The notes under the pieces are model-generated. The model was given only the letters and a program-made list of their open reading frames with translations, did not search any database and was not told the DNA's origin. Below, piece by piece: positions 1 to 8,017 of a stretch of 52,464 nucleotides of DNA (position 1 is its first letter; each line of letters begins with the position of its first letter). The stretch lies in the NCBI GenBank assembly GCA_041662285.1, contig JBAZSS010000004.1, forward strand, positions 1-52,464. The letters are read 5' to 3'. The position numbers and the translations under genes were made by a program. The DNA comes from Parcubacteria group bacterium. Its GTDB lineage: Bacteria; Patescibacteriota; Minisyncoccia; Moranbacterales; UBA2206.

Positions 1-150
1 AAGATTTAGCCAAAAATAAGATAAAAATTTATCTTTGTTTTAAGATTTTATTTTTGATATTTCTTGTTGTGTTTCCACGTGTTTATTATATCACAAAATC
101 AAGAAAAAATCTTGCTAGCTGGGGATAACTTTTTGAAAAAAATTGAATAC

Positions 151-177
151 AAAAAAGCAAGGCTTCAATCCCTGCTC
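151..177 (-). terminator. possible intrinsic terminator after ORF 219..1289
   Basis: The minus strand reads AGCAGGG-ATTGAA-GCCTTGCT followed by TTTTTTG. Confidence 0.4.
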
Positions 178-218
178 TTTATGAACTTTATAACTTTATA
201 GACTTTACAAACTATCGC

Positions 219-1289
219 CTATTCTTCCGCAAACTTATCAAATTTTTTGAAATAGTGATCTATGTCTTGCACCCACTTGCGAACAGCCGCCGGATTGTCC
301 CAAGAACAATCATATCCGCATTTCCAAACTTTCAATTTTTCCGGGGTATTGAGTTTTTCGCTGTTAACCAAAAAATCAATTCTTTTTGCCACTGTTTCCA
401 CAGCATCTTTCGGACTATCAAAACAAGTATGTCCCCCGGTACCCATCTTATCGCGGATACCCCGATAACCCCAATAATTATAGCAATCCTCACCATTCAA
501 AACTGGCACGTGCACTCCCCAACTACTTTCTTTTTTAGCAATTGCCACGAGAAATGCCGCCACTATCCTATCTTGTTTGGCGATAAACGGTGCCATTTTT
601 TCCATTGGCGTTCCCTCGACCATTTCCAAAATATTTTCTTTTAATTTCTTTTCACTATCGGCGTCATCTTTGTACTCACTCATTATTTTCGACACATAAT
701 CTTCATAGTTTTTTTCATCCTCTTCGCTTGATTTTTCCGTACTATCACCTAATACTTGTTGAGTTTCTTTGTTTAATTTATTTTTATCCGAATGAGCCGC
801 GGCATTTGGTCCAAGATATTGGTAGATAAAAGTCATTAAAAACATTCCAAAAATCAAAGCACCCACAATTGAAACATTCCACATCCTCACCATTGAAACT
901 CCCCGAGTCGAACCCTGGAAAAGATCCCAAGCATAATTTTTCCAATCTGAATATCTTTCTTGAATTTCTACATAAAGATCTCGCTGGATTTTTTTCGCCG
1001 GATGAGAATAGGTTGTTTTTCCATAAGACAAAAAACCATCCAAACTTTGAAAATTCGGTTGATTTTTGTTTTTCACAAAATGCACTTTCAGACTTTCCGT
1101 TCTAAAGGTTTCCATCCTTCCTTGCTTTGCAAAAAGCACACTGGATTTCCTATTTTTTTGAATAAATTTCGCCAAACCATAATCAGAAAATTCTTTCAGC
1201 TCATTTTTTTGACAAAAACTATCAATTGATTTTTGTTTCTTAAATTTTTCCATTGCTATTATTATAGCATTTTTTTGTTTTCTTACCAA
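219..1289 (-). CDS. hypothetical single-pass membrane protein; C-terminal domain with a lysozyme/transglycosylase-like motif (function uncertain)
   Basis: 356-aa ORF co-directional with neighbours. One hydrophobic helix (VSIVGALIFGMFLMTFIY). C-terminal AKKESSWG...NYWGYRG stretch. The 5' end overlaps lgt by 50 nt, so the true start may be an internal Met (e.g. at 1253). Confidence 0.5.
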   Translation of the reverse strand: MVRKQKNAIIIAMEKFKKQKSIDSFCQKNELKEFSDYGLAKFIQKNRKSSVLFAKQGRMETFRTESLKVHFVKNKNQPNFQSLDGFLSYGKTTYSHPAKKIQRDLYVEIQERYSDWKNYAWDLFQGSTRGVSMVRMWNVSIVGALIFGMFLMTFIYQYLGPNAAAHSDKNKLNKETQQVLGDSTEKSSEEDEKNYEDYVSKIMSEYKDDADSEKKLKENILEMVEGTPMEKMAPFIAKQDRIVAAFLVAIAKKESSWGVHVPVLNGEDCYNYWGYRGIRDKMGTGGHTCFDSPKDAVETVAKRIDFLVNSEKLNTPEKLKVWKCGYDCSWDNPAAVRKWVQDIDHYFKKFDKFAEE

Positions 1290-2106
1290 GAAAAATAATA
1301 GATATTCCTATACTTAGCATAATTAGGCTAAAAATTTGCCCTAAAGTTAGAAAACTAAAAATATATCCTATTTGTTCATCTGGCTCACGGAAAAATTCTA
1401 CGCTTATTCGGCACATCGCATAACCGACTAAATATAATCCGAGCATTCTATCTTTTGCTTTTTTATTGTTCCTCAAAAACCAAAGTATGAAAAATAAAAT
1501 TATCCCTTCCGAGAAAGCTTCATAGAGTTGCGAAGGATGACGCAAAAGTCCAAGAGCGTCCGACGGAAAATACATTCCCCAAAATTTTTGCGTGGCTCGA
1601 CCATAAAGCTCACCATTTAGGAAATTCCCTACTCGCCCAAAAAAATATCCGACGGGAATAGCTGGGACAACAAAATTAGCCAATGAGAAAAAATTAAGTT
1701 TATTCCTCTGAGAAAATATATAGGAAAATAAAATCACACCAATTAGTCCTCCATGATAGCTCATGCCATAAATTCCAACAAATTGATGAGTGCCTGGATC
1801 ATAGGGAGAAATAATCGCCAAAGGATTATTTAGATAATAGGAAAAATTATAAAACAAAACATAGCCCAAACGCGCACCGATAATAAGCCCAAAAAAAGAA
1901 TATAGTAAAAGATCTTCTAGTTTTGATATGTCAAAGAAAAAATTATTTTCTTTTTTCCTAATTCTATATTTTAGTAAAAAATAGACTGTCAAGAATCCAG
2001 TCAAATACATAATTGAATACCAATCGATTTTCAAAAATCCCAAAGATATGGCTGTTGGATTTATATAATAGGGCAAGTGCTGGTAATGATAAAGAAAATT
2101 ATTCAT
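1240..2106 (-). CDS. lgt: prolipoprotein diacylglyceryl transferase
   Basis: 288-aa polytopic membrane ORF with Lgt signature stretches GMSYHGGLIGV and FGRVGNFLNGELYGR. Confidence 0.9.
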   Translation of the reverse strand: MNNFLYHYQHLPYYINPTAISLGFLKIDWYSIMYLTGFLTVYFLLKYRIRKKENNFFFDISKLEDLLLYSFFGLIIGARLGYVLFYNFSYYLNNPLAIISPYDPGTHQFVGIYGMSYHGGLIGVILFSYIFSQRNKLNFFSLANFVVPAIPVGYFFGRVGNFLNGELYGRATQKFWGMYFPSDALGLLRHPSQLYEAFSEGIILFFILWFLRNNKKAKDRMLGLYLVGYAMCRISVEFFREPDEQIGYIFSFLTLGQIFSLIMLSIGISIIFLGKKTKKCYNNSNGKI

Positions 2107-2124
2107 AAAATTTTAGTCATCGCT

Positions 2125-2371
2125 GGTTCAGGCGTCTCGCCTGAATCACATAGTTCTGGGACTTACGCATTTGATTGCGGAAAAGATATTAACGCAGTCG
2201 CTAGGAAAATATTTTACTGCTAATTGATTCTTAATTACTGGCGAGTTATTACATTCTATAATTGCTTCCGCGACGAGCATATCTTGACGCAAATAAATAC
2301 GTAGGTCCTAAATTATTACAAGTAAAATTATTTTTCCAGAAACATTGCGGTTCAATCGAGACGATTGAACC
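2125..2371. mobile_element. composite MITE-like element bounded by hairpin ends (GGTTCAGGCG-TCT-CGCCTGAATC ... GGTTCAATCG-AGA-CGATTGAACC), enclosing a GACTTACG-family element
   Basis: Both ends reappear in reverse orientation at 29845..29948. No ORF. Lies between the NTase stop and the lgt start. Confidence 0.6.
2159..2308. repeat. GACTTACG-family long palindromic element, divergent copy C
   Basis: 5' arm GGACTTACGCATTTGATTGCGGAAAAGATAT pairs with 3' arm ATATCTTGACGCAAATAAATACGTAGGTCC. It shares the terminal motif and an internal TCTATAATTGCT block with copies A and B. Confidence 0.6.
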
Positions 2372-2388
2372 TGCACAGATAAAATTAT

Positions 2389-3369
2389 TCATTTAATTTT
2401 TTTCAAATTTTCTTGAAACTTTTCAAATATTTTCGGCCCTTGATTTTCAAAATCCGGCCAAAAAGCCAGCTCCGCTTCCGAGCAAATTATTATCCCTCCT
2501 TTTTTCTCCGTGAGCGGATTTTTTTTGATTTTTTCTGTTTGCCAAGTTTTAAGCTTTTTTTCAATCCAGCTTGATGAAAATAATTTCTCCAAAAAAAATC
2601 TCATTCCCCTGGAAAATTGACTATCATTAACGGTTTTTAGATTATTTTCCAAAAATGAAAAATTTGGCCGATAATTTTTTATCCACACATTTTTTTCCAG
2701 AAGTTTTCCAAACAAATCTCCGCCGTAAAGCGGAGTGATGAAAATATAATTATGCGAAGAATATAAATCTTGCACACAGACTTCCAACTTATCCGTTATG
2801 AAATGATTGAAGCAAATTCGATTAGATATTTTATCCTCATGCCTTCTTTCCCCCAAAAAATGAACCAACACTGTTGCCAAAAATCTGCCAGTGAAAATTT
2901 TCCCATGCTTGAAAATAATTAGCATGTCAATATCACTGCCACTGCGAGAATTTTTTGCTCCCACTCTTCCGGCCACCGCTATCATTTTCACAAACGGCAC
3001 GAATCTCAGCCAAAAAATAATTTTTCTGGCTTTTTTGAGCTTCATGTTAGAAATCTTGTTCCTTTCAATTCTTTTTTCAACTAAATTTTCTTTTCCTTTC
3101 AAAAAATAGAATCCGCGAAATTCGTCGACATGCTTTTTGATTTCTTCTTTTTCCAACTCATTGATAACTTCCGCCAAAGAATAATTCTTATTTTCTCTGT
3201 CTTGATTATTGTTCATTGTTCGTTGATCATTGATCAAGTATTTCCAAATTTCAAATGCTGTCATTGGATAATCCATGACATCATAGTAAGCAATCGTAGA
3301 TAGAATGTTTTTAGCTAATCCTTCCTGCATATTATTTATAAATACTTTCCCGTCCAACTTCTCTGGCAT
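2389..3369 (-). CDS. nucleotidyltransferase-domain protein (Pol-beta superfamily) with an N-terminal winged-helix-like region
   Basis: 326-aa ORF with an NTase motif GRVGAKNSRSGSDIDMLIIF (G-S...D-x-D). It overlaps the uvrA-paralog stop by 34 nt; an alternative start at 3330 gives a 5-nt gap. Confidence 0.7.
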   Translation of the reverse strand: MPEKLDGKVFINNMQEGLAKNILSTIAYYDVMDYPMTAFEIWKYLINDQRTMNNNQDRENKNYSLAEVINELEKEEIKKHVDEFRGFYFLKGKENLVEKRIERNKISNMKLKKARKIIFWLRFVPFVKMIAVAGRVGAKNSRSGSDIDMLIIFKHGKIFTGRFLATVLVHFLGERRHEDKISNRICFNHFITDKLEVCVQDLYSSHNYIFITPLYGGDLFGKLLEKNVWIKNYRPNFSFLENNLKTVNDSQFSRGMRFFLEKLFSSSWIEKKLKTWQTEKIKKNPLTEKKGGIIICSEAELAFWPDFENQGPKIFEKFQENLKKIK

Positions 3370-6125
3370 TTTTTTAGTCCCTCTGGAAGTCCAGCATAAA
3401 CTATTTCTCCTCCCCCGCTACCGCCCTCTGGACCAAGATCAATCACCCAGTCGGAATTTCTCACTACATCTGAATTATGCTCCACCACCAGTACTGAATT
3501 GCCCTTTTCCACTAGAGCATCCAAGACTTTCAAAAGTTTTTTGACATCCTCAAAGTGCAATCCAATAGTTGGCTCGTCTAGTATATATAATGTTTTTCCG
3601 GTGGATTTTCGTGAAAGTTCGGTGGCTACTTTTATCCTCTGCGCCTCTCCCCCAGACAAATTCGTGGCGCTTTGTCCAAGTCGCAAATATCCCAAGCCAA
3701 CTTTTTCCAGCGTTTGCAATTTTTCGGCAATGAGTGGGGATTTTTTGAAAAATCGCAGAGCATATGACACACTCATATCTAAAACTTGAGCAATGTTTAC
3801 TCCCTGATATTCAATATCAAGTGTTTTTTGATTGTAACGCGTCCCAAGACATGATTCGCATTTCACATACATATCCGGCATCAAATGCATTTCAATTTTT
3901 TTTGTGCCATCACCCTGACATTGTTCACATCGTCCACCTTTCATATTGAAACTAAAACGACTAGCGTCATAACCGCGATTTTTTGATTCCTCTGTGAGCG
4001 CAAAAATCTCTCGAATTTGAGAAAAAACTCCGGTGTACGTGGCCGCGTTAGATCTCGGCGTGCGTCCAATCGGCGATTGATCAACATTAATAACCTTATC
4101 AATAAAATTCAAGCCAGTTATTTTTCTGTGACGCCCAGGAATTTCATAGGCACGGAAAAAATGTTTTGAAAGTGCTACGGCTAAAATGTCCGACACTAAA
4201 GTTGATTTGCCTGACCCAGAAACTCCCGTAATAGCCACAAATCTTCCTAATGGAATTTCTGCGTCAATATTTTTCAAATTATGTTCAGTTGCACCCAAAA
4301 TTTTCAAATATTTTTCCGATTTTTCACGAGGTTTTTTCTTCTCGGAAACTTTTTCCCGCCCGCTCAAAAATCCGGCAGTTTTAGTTTTGGAAGCTTTGAG
4401 TTTTGCAATATCGCCTTGAAATATAACTTCTCCACCCTCTTCGCCCGCCCCGGGGCCCATATCAATTATCCAATCCGCTTTTTCAATTATTTCTTTGTCG
4501 TGCTCCACGACAATCACAGAATTTCCATTTTCTTTCAAAAATTGCATCGTTTGAATTAGTTTTTGCGTGTCTCGGTTATGCAGTCCGACTGAAGGTTCAT
4601 CTAGGACATAAATTATTCCAGAAAGCTTGGAACTGATTTGCGTCGCTAAACGAATTCTTTGTCCTTCTCCGCCAGAAATAGAATCCGCCGAGCGAAAAAG
4701 TTCCAAATATTCCAAACCAACATTTTTAAGCGCTTCGGCTTTTTCTTCCATTTCTTTTATGAGCGGTTCCATTATCTCTTTTTTCCCTTCTACCATTGGC
4801 TCCGCCATTAAATTTTTCAAAAAAATCAAAAAAGAATCCACATCCATCTTCACCGCGTCATCAATAGATTTTCCGGAAATTAAAACTGACAAATAGGCTT
4901 CTTTCAATTTTTTTCCCGCGCATTTTGAACAAACGGTTTTTCGCATATACTTTTCCGTTTCTTTTTTGAATATAAAAGAAGAAGATTCTTCATATTTCTT
5001 TTTGATCAAAGTTATTATTCCGGGAAAAGAAATCCCTCTGGATAAATCTTCATACCCGCCAAAAATTATCTCCATATTTTCGGGACTAATTTTTCCAATT
5101 GGTTTGTCGATAGAAAATCCCTTAATCTTTCCAATTTTTTCTAAAATATCTAAATAGCTTCCTTCAGTTCGCATTCGCCCACCCAATTTTGAAAGTGGCA
5201 AAACTGCCCCTTCGGAGAGTGACAAATTCTTATTGGGAACAACCAATTCTCTGTCAATCTCTTGCACCACGCCCAGGCCCGCACAAACTGGACAAGCGCC
5301 TTCTGGACTGTTGAAAGAAAAATTTTTCGGAGTAATTTCTGGAATTTCAAAAAAACAATTACTACAAACAAAATCGCGATTATAAATCCGACTTTCACCG
5401 TTGTCCAAAGCGATGGCCATAAAGCCTCGGCCTAATTTGAAAGCTGTTTCAATTGAATCCAGAATTCTCTCCTTGTCCGGTTTTTGACTTTTGAAAGTTA
5501 TTCGATCAACCACAATTTCCACATTGCCATTTAATATTTGCTCTTTGTTTGCCAACACCTCAGCAATCAAAACTGTTTTCCCATCAATTCTCGCTCTGGC
5601 ATATCCCAGTTGACTAATATTTTTCAAAATTTCTTCCATGCTTTTTCCGTCTTGCCGAATTCTGGCGAGAATTATAATTTGCATGTTGTCCGGCATTTCC
5701 AAAATTTCTTCAATTATTTCTTGATTTTTCTTTCTCGCCATTGGCAATCGACAATGTGGACAATAGGGCGTGCCAACCTTAGCAAACAGAATTCGCAGAT
5801 AATCATAAATTTCTGTCATTGTACCAACAGTTGAGCGTGGAGAACGACTGATGCTTTTTTGATCAATCGAAATCGTCGGACTTAAATTTTCAATTTTATC
5901 CGCGTCCGGCTTGGCGGAAATTTCCAAAAATTGTCGAGCATAACTCGACAAACTTTCCAGATACCGTCGATTGCCCTCAGCGTGAATGACATCAAAAGCC
6001 AAAGTTGATTTTCCACTGCCGGAAAGACCTGTGATCACCACCACCTTGTCCCGAGGAATTTCAATGCTAATGTTTTTCAAATTGTTGACTCTAGCGCCAA
6101 AGATTTTTATTTTATCTCGTTTCAT
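3336..6125 (-). CDS. excinuclease ABC subunit A paralog (full-length UvrA-family ABC ATPase)
   Basis: 929-aa ORF. Walker A motifs [12 protein letters not shown] and [13 protein letters not shown] signatures [12 protein letters not shown] and [12 protein letters not shown]. CxxC zinc modules (CPHC, CSNC, CPVC, CSKC, CEQC, CESC). Confidence 0.9.
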   Translation of the reverse strand: MKRDKIKIFGARVNNLKNISIEIPRDKVVVITGLSGSGKSTLAFDVIHAEGNRRYLESLSSYARQFLEISAKPDADKIENLSPTISIDQKSISRSPRSTVGTMTEIYDYLRILFAKVGTPYCPHCRLPMARKKNQEIIEEILEMPDNMQIIILARIRQDGKSMEEILKNISQLGYARARIDGKTVLIAEVLANKEQILNGNVEIVVDRITFKSQKPDKERILDSIETAFKLGRGFMAIALDNGESRIYNRDFVCSNCFFEIPEITPKNFSFNSPEGACPVCAGLGVVQEIDRELVVPNKNLSLSEGAVLPLSKLGGRMRTEGSYLDILEKIGKIKGFSIDKPIGKISPENMEIIFGGYEDLSRGISFPGIITLIKKKYEESSSFIFKKETEKYMRKTVCSKCAGKKLKEAYLSVLISGKSIDDAVKMDVDSFLIFLKNLMAEPMVEGKKEIMEPLIKEMEEKAEALKNVGLEYLELFRSADSISGGEGQRIRLATQISSKLSGIIYVLDEPSVGLHNRDTQKLIQTMQFLKENGNSVIVVEHDKEIIEKADWIIDMGPGAGEEGGEVIFQGDIAKLKASKTKTAGFLSGREKVSEKKKPREKSEKYLKILGATEHNLKNIDAEIPLGRFVAITGVSGSGKSTLVSDILAVALSKHFFRAYEIPGRHRKITGLNFIDKVINVDQSPIGRTPRSNAATYTGVFSQIREIFALTEESKNRGYDASRFSFNMKGGRCEQCQGDGTKKIEMHLMPDMYVKCESCLGTRYNQKTLDIEYQGVNIAQVLDMSVSYALRFFKKSPLIAEKLQTLEKVGLGYLRLGQSATNLSGGEAQRIKVATELSRKSTGKTLYILDEPTIGLHFEDVKKLLKVLDALVEKGNSVLVVEHNSDVVRNSDWVIDLGPEGGSGGGEIVYAGLPEGLKKCQRSWTGKYL

Positions 6126-6135
6126 ATTTTTTTAA

Positions 6136-6274
6136 GACTTACACGTTTTTCTGAAAATATATTTATGTAGCCATGACAATGGCAGGATTAAAATCTATAA
6201 TTGCTATCTATAATCTTAGTTGAGTTTTTTTGTAATTTCAGCGAACAATATATTTGAAGAAAAGCGCGTAAGTC
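6136..6274. repeat. GACTTACG-family long palindromic element, copy A (~139 nt)
   Basis: About 85 percent identical to 21899..22038. The ~28-nt terminal arms are complementary. Starts 11 nt upstream of the uvrA-paralog start codon. Confidence 0.8.
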
Positions 6275-6333
6275 ATATTCTTACCTCACTGGATATTAAT
6301 CTTACAAGAAAATTTAGGTTTTGGCAAGCCAAA

Positions 6334-6366
6334 CAAAAAAACACAACCCTTTAAAATCTCGGGTTG
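6334..6366 (-). terminator. possible intrinsic terminator downstream of abiEii
   Basis: The minus strand reads CAACCC-GAGATTTTAAA-GGGTTG followed by TGTTTTTTT. It lies about 200 nt after the stop. Confidence 0.4.
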
Positions 6367-6562
6367 AGCTTTTTATAAAATTACAAAATATTTATTTTAT
6401 TTCCACCAATATAACTTCGTTAGTCGTACTATTGTATTGAATTGACAATTCTTTATTTTCTGATCATAGGATTATAATTTTATTTTTTAAGCCTATCGTA
6501 ATTATACCACATTTCTATTTCCGCGCCAACGCTTGGTTATCCGCAACCCATGCAAATAGCTT

Positions 6563-7339
6563 TTAAAGTTCGAGGTTTTTTATATACTTTGCGAAAAGAA
6601 TCACCTTTTTGGAGTCCTTAGCATTGAATAAAAATGGTTCGACATCCTCAGCTAACTCATTAAAATTAATTTTGTCAGAAAAAATAGCCAGCTTGCTTTT
6701 CAGCTCTTGCCAGTTTTTAATTTTCAATTTCAATTGAAGATAATCATAATTAGGTTTAGTTTTAGAAAGCAAAAATACCGTGTCAAAAAAATCCCTGCCT
6801 TTCAAAGCTTTGCGATTGAAAATTGCAAATATTTTTTGCGACAAAATAATATCCAGCGGGGTGACATTGATTTCTGTGAACACATCAAACTTATTGAGAA
6901 TCGCTTTTTCTGGTTTATATTGAAAATTATGCGGAGCCGTATCTAGCTGAATAAGAATCTTTTCTTCTTCGTAGCCAGAAAGACCGCTATCGAAAAGTAG
7001 TTTTGGAATTCGGATGTAGCAACGATAAGCACCTTTGAAAACATTTCTAATTTCTACTGCATAACCTTCCAGCTCCAGTTGTTTTTTCACCACTAGCGAT
7101 ATTTCATTGAATTCTTTTTCGCTAAGACCAAAATTATCAAAATCCAAATCTTCTGAAAATCTATTGTTATCATAAATGATCCGCAAGGCTGTTCCACCCA
7201 AAAACGCAAGTCTTTTGGCATATTTTGAATTGAAAATAATTTGCAAAATTTTGTATTGCAAATATTCGCGCAACAGATTGCGTTTAAAAACTTGAATATT
7301 TTCAGGATAATATTTTTCGATTTCTTGCAAGCTAAGCAT
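6563..7339 (-). CDS. abiEii: AbiEii/AbiGii-family nucleotidyltransferase toxin (type IV toxin-antitoxin / abortive infection)
   Basis: 258-aa ORF. The N-terminal LREYLQYKILQ...LAFLGGTALRIIYDNNRFSEDLDFD matches the family hallmark. It overlaps the upstream antitoxin ORF by 8 nt. Confidence 0.88.
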   Translation of the reverse strand: MLSLQEIEKYYPENIQVFKRNLLREYLQYKILQIIFNSKYAKRLAFLGGTALRIIYDNNRFSEDLDFDNFGLSEKEFNEISLVVKKQLELEGYAVEIRNVFKGAYRCYIRIPKLLFDSGLSGYEEEKILIQLDTAPHNFQYKPEKAILNKFDVFTEINVTPLDIILSQKIFAIFNRKALKGRDFFDTVFLLSKTKPNYDYLQLKLKIKNWQELKSKLAIFSDKINFNELAEDVEPFLFNAKDSKKVILFAKYIKNLEL

Positions 7340-7946
7340 TGAGATATTTCACAAAATTATTAATTCTTTTTTCCAGTGCCTTATTGTTAAATTGGGATAA
7401 ATATTCATTGAATTTTTTCATATCAACTTTTTCTTGAAATATATCCCTATTAATTCGAAGCTCTTCAAATTCCCCTATTGTCTTAAGCTTAGAATTTACA
7501 TAAAAATAATCTAGGATTGCTTTTTCGATTTCTGCTATTTTGAAATTATGATTTTGATAGGCAACCAACTGATAGCCAAACATAAGCTCGGGCTTGATAT
7601 GATGAAAATTAAACTGACCCAGCGGAGAAGCAAGCTTATAGGTTTTTTTGGATGTGACTGAAGTAATGCCATAAACGCTTTCTGGAATAAGACCATAATA
7701 TGACAGTGCCATTTCCAATGAAATATACGATGGTTCAAAAATTTTATTGGCGATAATAAACAAAACCGACTCATTAATTTGCGTGTCAGAAAAAACATAG
7801 AACCCCTTAGTAATTTTCTTGATGTAGCCTTTTTTCTGCCACTCACTCAATCGTTGCTTATGAAAATCCAAATCAACCTTTGATATATCATTAGCCGAAA
7901 AAACCATAAAATCCTTTAAATTGTCCTTTATTTCTAAATATTGCAT
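7332..7946 (-). CDS. abiEi: AbiEi-family antitoxin / transcriptional regulator
   Basis: 204-aa ORF. N-terminal wHTH-like FSANDISKV...LSEWQKKGYIKKITKGFYVF is typical of AbiEi. Translationally coupled to abiEii. Confidence 0.8.
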   Translation of the reverse strand: MQYLEIKDNLKDFMVFSANDISKVDLDFHKQRLSEWQKKGYIKKITKGFYVFSDTQINESVLFIIANKIFEPSYISLEMALSYYGLIPESVYGITSVTSKKTYKLASPLGQFNFHHIKPELMFGYQLVAYQNHNFKIAEIEKAILDYFYVNSKLKTIGEFEELRINRDIFQEKVDMKKFNEYLSQFNNKALEKRINNFVKYLNA

Positions 7947-7988
7947 AATTATTCCATATTGTTCCTAAAAAGCGGAACTATATGGATT

Positions 7989-8017
7989 ATATTAGCACAT
8001 AATTCCATCGCCGTCAA
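7989..8017 (-). promoter_or_regulatory. candidate promoter of the abiEi-abiEii operon (TTGACG-17 nt-TAATAT on the minus strand)
   Basis: Lies 43-70 nt upstream of the abiEi ATG and overlaps the uvrC stop. A TTATCCACA box sits just upstream of the -35. Confidence 0.45.
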
